From NCBI RefSeq assembly GCF_009914755.1, contig NC_060942.1: 64,000 nt of DNA. One strand, written 5' to 3'. The notes beneath the pieces were generated by a model that saw only the letters and a program-made list of their open reading frames with translations, searched no databases and was not told the DNA's origin. The position numbers and the translations under genes are program-made. The stretch is from the human T2T-CHM13v2.0 reference genome, Homo sapiens. Positions 56,658 through 64,000 of this stretch are shown here, in pieces. Numbering within the stretch: the first letter of the stretch is position 1; each line of letters begins with the position of its first letter.

Positions 56658-57504
56658 CATCTATTCCCAACTTCAGGACAATATATATACATATGTATAC
56701 ATAGTTAAGGAGAAAAAATGATCTAAGAATATCAATGAAGATGTCACAAATGAGCATCATTTTGTATGTAGTCAATTTATTGAAATCTGAAGTATTCAAT
56801 ATATAATATTAAAAATGTACATTTGGAAAAAGCAAAGAATATACATGCTTGCCTCATGACCTATATAAAAATACACTTAGTATATTAAATAATCCTATGT
56901 TTAATAGTTATGTTTAAGAAACAGTATGACGTATATGCAATTACTATCACACAATTGGTGGTAAAAATAAAAGGAGAGAAAATATGTAGGAAACAATACT
57001 ATTAAATCATGAATTTAATTTGGTCCAACATACAGTTTGTATTTATCAACAAACCATGAATATTCTTTTATATTTTTATGGATGGTAAATATACTATGTT
57101 TATTTTAGCTCAATGTAATAAGATTTATTTGTGCACTGAAAAATATCTAGCAAACAAATACTTATTTACTAGAACATTCTTTTCTCCTAAAGCAGATTAT
57201 CTAGTAAGTTCCAATGAAATGTTTAGCTGTCATTTGTCTCATTCTATTTTTTTCTCTATCACTTCTTCTTTTCTTATTTTTAAGTTTTAAAATGTCACTA
57301 TGTTTCCCTTCTTTTCTCTTTTCTTACTTTTTTTCTCTCTCATGACAGCATTATGCAATTATGCTATTGATAATCATAAAGTTGAGGAACAAGAGAAGTT
57401 GGTCCACATAGAAACAAAGTGAGCAATATTCTGAGTATTTGTACAATAAACTAAATATTTCTTTAAAGCAATGGAAGAACTTGTTTTACTCAGTGACAGT
57501 GATT

Positions 57505-57568
57505 ACACACACACACACACATACACACACACACTCCTCTCTGTCTCGCTCTCTTTTTCTCTCTCTCA
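57505..57568. repeat. Compound (CA)n-(CT)n microsatellite
   Basis: Directly visible in the sequence. Confidence 0.85.
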
Positions 57569-57929
57569 AAGCAATACTGTATAGATACATGTTACTTTTT
57601 ATAGTATGCTAGTGATTTTATTGCAGTTAGCACAGCACCCGAATGACATACACTGGGAATAAACAGCCTCCACAAGCTGCTTAAAGACATCATTAAGTTT
57701 TTCACTTTTTACAATGAAGTTTCAATTTCTCGTGTGATTTCTAGGCACACATGTTGACTAAAGTTTTGGAAATGGACATGAATCTTGGTCCCCATACTTT
57801 TCAGAAGCTATAAAAGGGAGTTTTCTTGTACACTCAATCCCATGGAATTTTCCCACCGCACTGTGGGCTTCCAACGTGGCTACATCAGGAGGTGGATATA
57901 TATGGTAGATACCTTTTTAAAGAGAATTT

Positions 57930-59800
57930 GTATTCAGATGAGATTCACTTAACATAAAAGTATTTATTTTAAAGCCTACAATTCAGTGGCATGTAGTACA
58001 TTTGACATGTGTTTGACAAACAAATCTATCAAGCTCCAAACTATTTTAATAGTCCCAAAATAAAATTATATTTTCATTAAGCTGTCTCTCCCCACTTCTC
58101 CCTCCTCTTAGTCCCTGGAAACCATTAGTGTGCTTTCTCTCATGGATTTACCTATTATGAATATTTTGAATAAATAAAATCACACAATATGTGACCTTTT
58201 GGATGTGTGTTCTTGTTCATTTAGCATTATGTTTTTGAGGTTCATACACATCATAGCATGTATCAGTAATTCACTCCATTTTATAACTGAATAACTTTCT
58301 CTTGTATGTTTATAACACAATTTGTTAATCCATTGATCTGTTAGTGGATGTTTGGACTGTTTCTACCTTTTCACTATTGTGAATGGTGCTGTTATGAGCA
58401 TTCCTATACAAGTATTTGTTTGACTCCCTGCTTTAAATTCTTTGAGTTACATAACAAGGAGCAAAATTGCTGAGTCATGTGGAAATTGCATGCTTAACTT
58501 TTGTGGAGCTATCGAAACCTTTTCCACTGTGGCTGAACCATCAGACATTCCCACCAGCAATGTGTAAGGAGCTAATTTCTGCACATCCTCACCAACAATT
58601 GTTTTTTTCTTTGTTAAAAAGTTGTAACAGTCCTAGTGAGTATAAAATGGTTTCCCATTCTGGCTTTTATTTGAATTTTCCCGATGACTGCTGATGTTGC
58701 ATATACTTTCATGTGCTTATTTGCCATTTGTATATCTCTCAGAGAAACATTTATTCAAGTCTTTTTCCATTTTTTATTGAAAAGTTTGTCTTTTTGTTGA
58801 TGAGTTATAAGAGTTATTTATATATTTTGGTACTAGATCCTTTTCAAATACGTGATTTGCAAATGTTTTCTATTATTCTATGTTATCTATTCTCTTTCTT
58901 AATAATGCCATTTGATGTATACACATTTTAAATTTTGATGAATTCAACATATTCATTTATTTATTTTGTTTCTCATGCTTTTGGTGTAATATCCAAAAAT
59001 TCATCATCAAATCCAAGATTTCAAAAATATACTTCAACGTTTTCATCCAAGAGTTTTATAGCTTTAGCTCTTTTATGTAGGCAGTTGATCCATTTTGAGT
59101 TAATTTTTTGTGTATTGTGAGAGATAGGGGTCCAATATCATTCATTTGCATGTGGATATTCAGGTGCCTGTGTGCAAACGTCTGTTGAAGACAGTTATTT
59201 TCTCGCTGAATTGATTTGGGACCTTGTAAAAATAAATTGGTCATAGATGTATGGATTTATTTTTGGACTGTCAATTCTATACTATTGATCTGTAAATCTA
59301 TCCTTGTGCCAGTACAACACAGGTCTGATTAATTTATCTTTGCAATGAGTTTCAAAATCAGGAAGTGTGTTTCCTCCAACTTGTTCTTCTTTTTCAATAA
59401 TATTTTTGTGGTTCAGTGCCCATTGAAGTTCCATATAAATTTGGCAATTACTATTTCCATTTCTAAAAATAAAAAGACATTAGAAATTCGATAGAGATTG
59501 CATTAAATCTGTAAATCATTAGGGTACTATTGCCGTTTTTAACACTATTAAGTCATCCAATTAGGTCTTCTTTAATTTATTTCAGGATTTTTTTAGCTTT
59601 CAGTGTGCCAGTCCTTAACCTCCTTGGTTAAATTTATTCCCAGGTATTTTATTCCTTCTAATGCTATTGTAAATGCAGTACTGTTTTCTTAATTTGTTTT
59701 CAGATTGTTCACTGCTAGTATTTCAAACAAAATAAATTTTTATGTGTCAATCTTGTATTCTGTAACTTGTTGAATTTGGTTAGCTTTAATTTTTTTTTTA
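57930..59800 (-). mobile_element. L1MB-type 3' UTR plus ORF2 3' part
   Basis: ttcccaccagcaatgtg, catcctcaccaaca, gatccattttgagttaatttt, tccttggttaaatttattcccaggtatttta. Confidence 0.88.
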
Positions 59801-61140
59801 GAATTATGCATCTGTTTATTTTTAGACTTACTTGGAGATTATTTGGACAATCATCCTTTAGGGAACTACAAGACAGGTCAAAACAAACTTTTTCTTGTTT
59901 TGAGAACAAGGTATGTATTGCTGTCCTGGCACCAGAAAACTGCACTAGGAACTGGGGCTGCAATTTCCACAGGCCCTGCTGAGCTGGGACATGAGGGATA
60001 ATAGGCTGTAAGCAAAAATGAACTCTCTAACCAAAGTTTAGCAGCTCATTTCATTAAGCATTCCTCTCATGGGTGTCAGTGTTTGCTTTGATTCCAGAAT
60101 TCCCAAAACTTGACTCTGTCCATTTTCGTCAACTTAATGGTTGCTTTAATGGACGAACAGATTATCGGAGCTTCCTACTCTGACATGCCCATGATGTTAG
60201 GGCTCATGGCAGATATCTTTTTAGTGGAAGAATTTTCTGATCTCAGTTGCCGTACTATTTTTCTTTATTTCCTCAAAGAGATCAATCCATATATTTCCCC
60301 AGAGTAGATTTAAAACAAAAATCTTCATTTCTCTTTTCTACCATGTTATTAAGGCACTTCATCCCAATGGTCACAAAGAGATATGATCTTTAAAATTAAC
60401 TACATCAGCTAATATCACAGTTTCTTAAGCAGATTCTCTTTTCCGGGTTATGATTCACATTGACATTTGCTTTAGAATTCTCTGATGATAGTTGGATAGG
60501 TGCTACTCAGAGGCTTTAACTCCTAGCTAGTGGCAGAAGTTGAGTTGGGCTTACTATAACTTCAAATGTATTTTTAATGTTGCAGTAAGTTTTCTAAAAT
60601 AAATGCTATGTTTAATTATGTTATATCACAAACAAAACTTTACCTCAAGTTCTATTCATAATATATCTCTAAGTCTATGTATATGTTGAAATAACAGATT
60701 TAGTAACTTAAAATATAGGAAATGACATACATTGAAGGCTATGGAGTTTCATAAGACTTTATAAACTTTATATGTTTACTATTTGAATTATCAAAAAATG
60801 TATCAGAAATAAAGCTTTCATATCTATCATATCAGATTATAAGGAAACATATAGTATTTCTGAATTTTTTTAAAAAGTTGTGTTCTAGATTCAAATCTCA
60901 CCTTAATCTAGATTGATGGAATCTCTCTATTATCAGATCACATCTACATAAAGTTAGGCATTTTCACTTAAGTCACTTAACTCATTCTGATTAATGCCAT
61001 TCTTCCTCAATCCTATGCAAGGATCCATGTGAGAGACAGGTTCTTGAGCATACAGCCTGTTATCCCTGCTGCCTAGCACAGTGCCTAACACATACATAGG
61101 CAAAGAGTTAGAAGGTTCAATGAAGGAAGAAAATTTGTGA

Positions 61141-61476
<336 letters not shown>

Positions 61477-63200
61477 TAATGGGGAGCAGACATTATTTAG
61501 TACTTAGTAACGTCAGCCACCCATCTGCATTCCAGTGCAACACTAAAAATCCCAGCTCTCAGCATGTTAGGTGTCAAAGGGTTCTAACTCTTTGAGATGG
61601 TTTTATTATCAAGAATTAATAGAAGAGAATATGTCAGGTGTAGAAGAACAATTTAGGGTACAGAAGCCACCCATTTACCGATGTTTTAAAAAGTTTTACT
61701 ACGGATATTTTCAAAGGTACACAAAATAGAGTGATCATTTAATTAACTGCTATGAACTCATCATCCACTTATAAACTCATCACCCACTTTCAAATATGTG
61801 AAAAATTTGCTGATTCCCCGTTTCATTTGTTTGCTTTTGTTTTGTTTTGTTTTTTAATTTTGTTTGTTTTGCTTTTTACTGGAGATTATGAAACAAGTTT
61901 GAGACATAACAGTATTCTCTACATGAACCATACATTATGTATTCATAACACATAAGGACATTTTATCAACAAAATGAAAGTAACATTTGAACACCTGAAA
62001 GCTAATAGCAATTCATCGACATAACAAGCAATTTTTACTCAAATGTTCTTTATTGTCTCAAAGTGATTTCTGTACAGTCGATTTAGTTAAATTGGGATTC
62101 AAACAAGATCCCCACTACTTTGATCAATATATATCCTAAAAATCCGTAAATCTTCTCTCCCTTTTTATGGTTTTTGTATTCTTGAAAAATTAGGTCATAT
62201 GCCCCATGGAATCTCTCACATTTTTTGTTTGGTTTATTGCATTCTCACAGTGCCAATTCAAGACAAATGACATATTTCACTATCTTCTACATTTGCTATA
62301 AACTGATAGTTGGATTTCAGAATTGCTTTCCTTTCAATATAGCATATTAAACTGCAACATATCAGAAATCATGAGATGTCTCTTGTCCCGGTCTTACTGA
62401 TGGTATGATTAGTCAATGGATGTGGGAACTGTGAGCTTGATGTATATTGGTCTGATGGATTTAGCAATCACTTAGGACCTTGACTAGATGGACTATTTCA
62501 TTTGTTATAATTGAGTGATTTTATAATTATAGTTTTATCATGTTGTTATTTCTTCACTTATAACTGGACTTTTTCTACAAAGCCAGCTTTCCCTACCCAC
62601 TATCTAATAACCCCAAAATAAAGAGTATAAGTAAAGGGTTGAATAAACATTTGATTCTATTAATATCTTTTTATTTACCAGTTTCCAAAATAGTAAATCT
62701 GAGCCCACTACGAAAGTAAAAATTAATTATCTTAATACCATTATAAACGGACGGTTTCTCATATATTTTGTGTTTTCTGATAAATTGCAGTTAATATTTT
62801 AATTTTTTGTTCAAAATGCCTTATTTTACACCAACAAGAGGTGCTTCAAATTATCTCCTATTTCCTTATTCTAGCACCTATGGTGTTTGACATGTCCTTG
62901 TTGCAGGCCTGACAATATGTTTTAGATTTACGTATTTCTTCCCCTGATTTTCAAGAGGCTGCTTTGTTCTTTGTGGTAAATAATATTTAGAGGCAAACAC
63001 GTTGGTGCCAGGAGTTCCTGAATGCAGCCAGACTCCTACCTCATAGGAATTTCAGATAAAATGTAGATCTAAACTCAAATGCTTCACATCAAAGATTCAA
63101 GAAGATAAATAAGAATATTTTATGACATTAAGGTAGGCAAACATGTCTTAAAGAGGAACAAGGATAGAGCTTAAAGAATGAGATTTATAGAATAGACTAC

Positions 63201-64000
63201 TTTATTTTTTTATTTTATTATTATTATACTTTAAGTTTTAGGGTACATGTGCACAATGTGCAGGTTAGTTACATATGTATACATGTGCCATGCTGGTGTG
63301 CTGCACCCATTAACTCATCATTTAGCATTAGGTATATCTCCTAAAGCTATCCCTCTCCCCTCCCCCCACCCCACAACAGTCCCCAGAGTGTGATGTTCCC
63401 CTTCCTGTGTCCATGTATTCTCATTGTTCAATTCCCACCTATGAGTGAGAATATGCGGTGTTTGGTTTTTTGTTCTTGCGATATTTACTGAGAATGATGA
63501 TTTCCAGTTTCATCCATGTCCCTACAAAAGACATGAACTCATCATTTTTTATGGCTGCATAGTATTCCATGGTGTATATGTGCCACATTTTCTTAATCCA
63601 GTCTATCATTGTTGGACATTTGGGTTGGTTCCAAGTCTTTGCTATTGTCAATAGTGCCGCAATAAACATACGTGTGCATGTGTCTTTATAGCAGCATGAT
63701 TTATAGTCCTTTGGGTATATACCCAGTAACGGGATGGCTGGGTCAAATTGTATTTCTAGTTCTAGATCCCTGAGGAATCGCCACACTGACTTCCACAATG
63801 GTTGAACTAGTTTACAGTCCCACCAACAGTGGAAAAGTGTTCCTATTTCTCCACATCCTCTCCAGCACCTGTTGTTTCCTGACTTTTTAATGATTGCCAT
63901 TCTAACTGGTGTGAGATGGTATCTCATTGTGGTTTTGATTTGCATTTCTCTGATAGCCAGTGATGGTAGCATGTTTTCATGTGTTTTTTGGCTGCACAAA
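63201..64000 (-). mobile_element. Young L1PA3-like element, 3' end; continues past the right edge
   Basis: 3' UTR close to consensus but lacking the L1HS-Ta ACA diagnostic. ORF 63439-63999 is the ORF2p C-terminus ([18 protein letters not shown]) with a 1-nt deletion near the end (LSKYRK instead of LSKLSQ). Confidence 0.96.

Noticed and set aside
56539-56721. SETMAR gene or an active transposase
   Set aside because: No SET-domain exons, stops upstream in the same frame, and the catalytic domain and 3' ITR are missing.

Overview
AT-rich, CpG-poor primate (human-like) nuclear DNA with no recognisable protein-coding gene, RNA gene or CpG island; it reads as deep intronic or intergenic sequence. 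Much of it is interspersed repeat: 13 Alus (J, S and Y types), young L1PA 3' ends, a long L1 ORF2 remnant, many old L1M/L2/MIR fragments, MaLR solo LTRs (MSTA, THE1, MLT1), an MLT2A (HERV-L) solo LTR, a decayed ERVL internal segment, a MER2 element and the 5' half of an Hsmar1 mariner. The ORF track is explained by repeats or chance. I found no evidence of a new multi-gene biological system. The best leads are a twin-primed L1 with an unusually large internal deletion, a ~127-bp local duplication spanning an L2/LTR junction, an Hsmar1 fragment keeping the SETMAR-type cryptic acceptor, an MLT2A LTR with an intact splice donor plus candidate minus-strand non-coding splice sites, an E-box cluster, and a C<->G transversion excess in two AluYs. 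Subfamily calls come from remembered consensus motifs and were made by eye; boundaries of old repeats are approximate.
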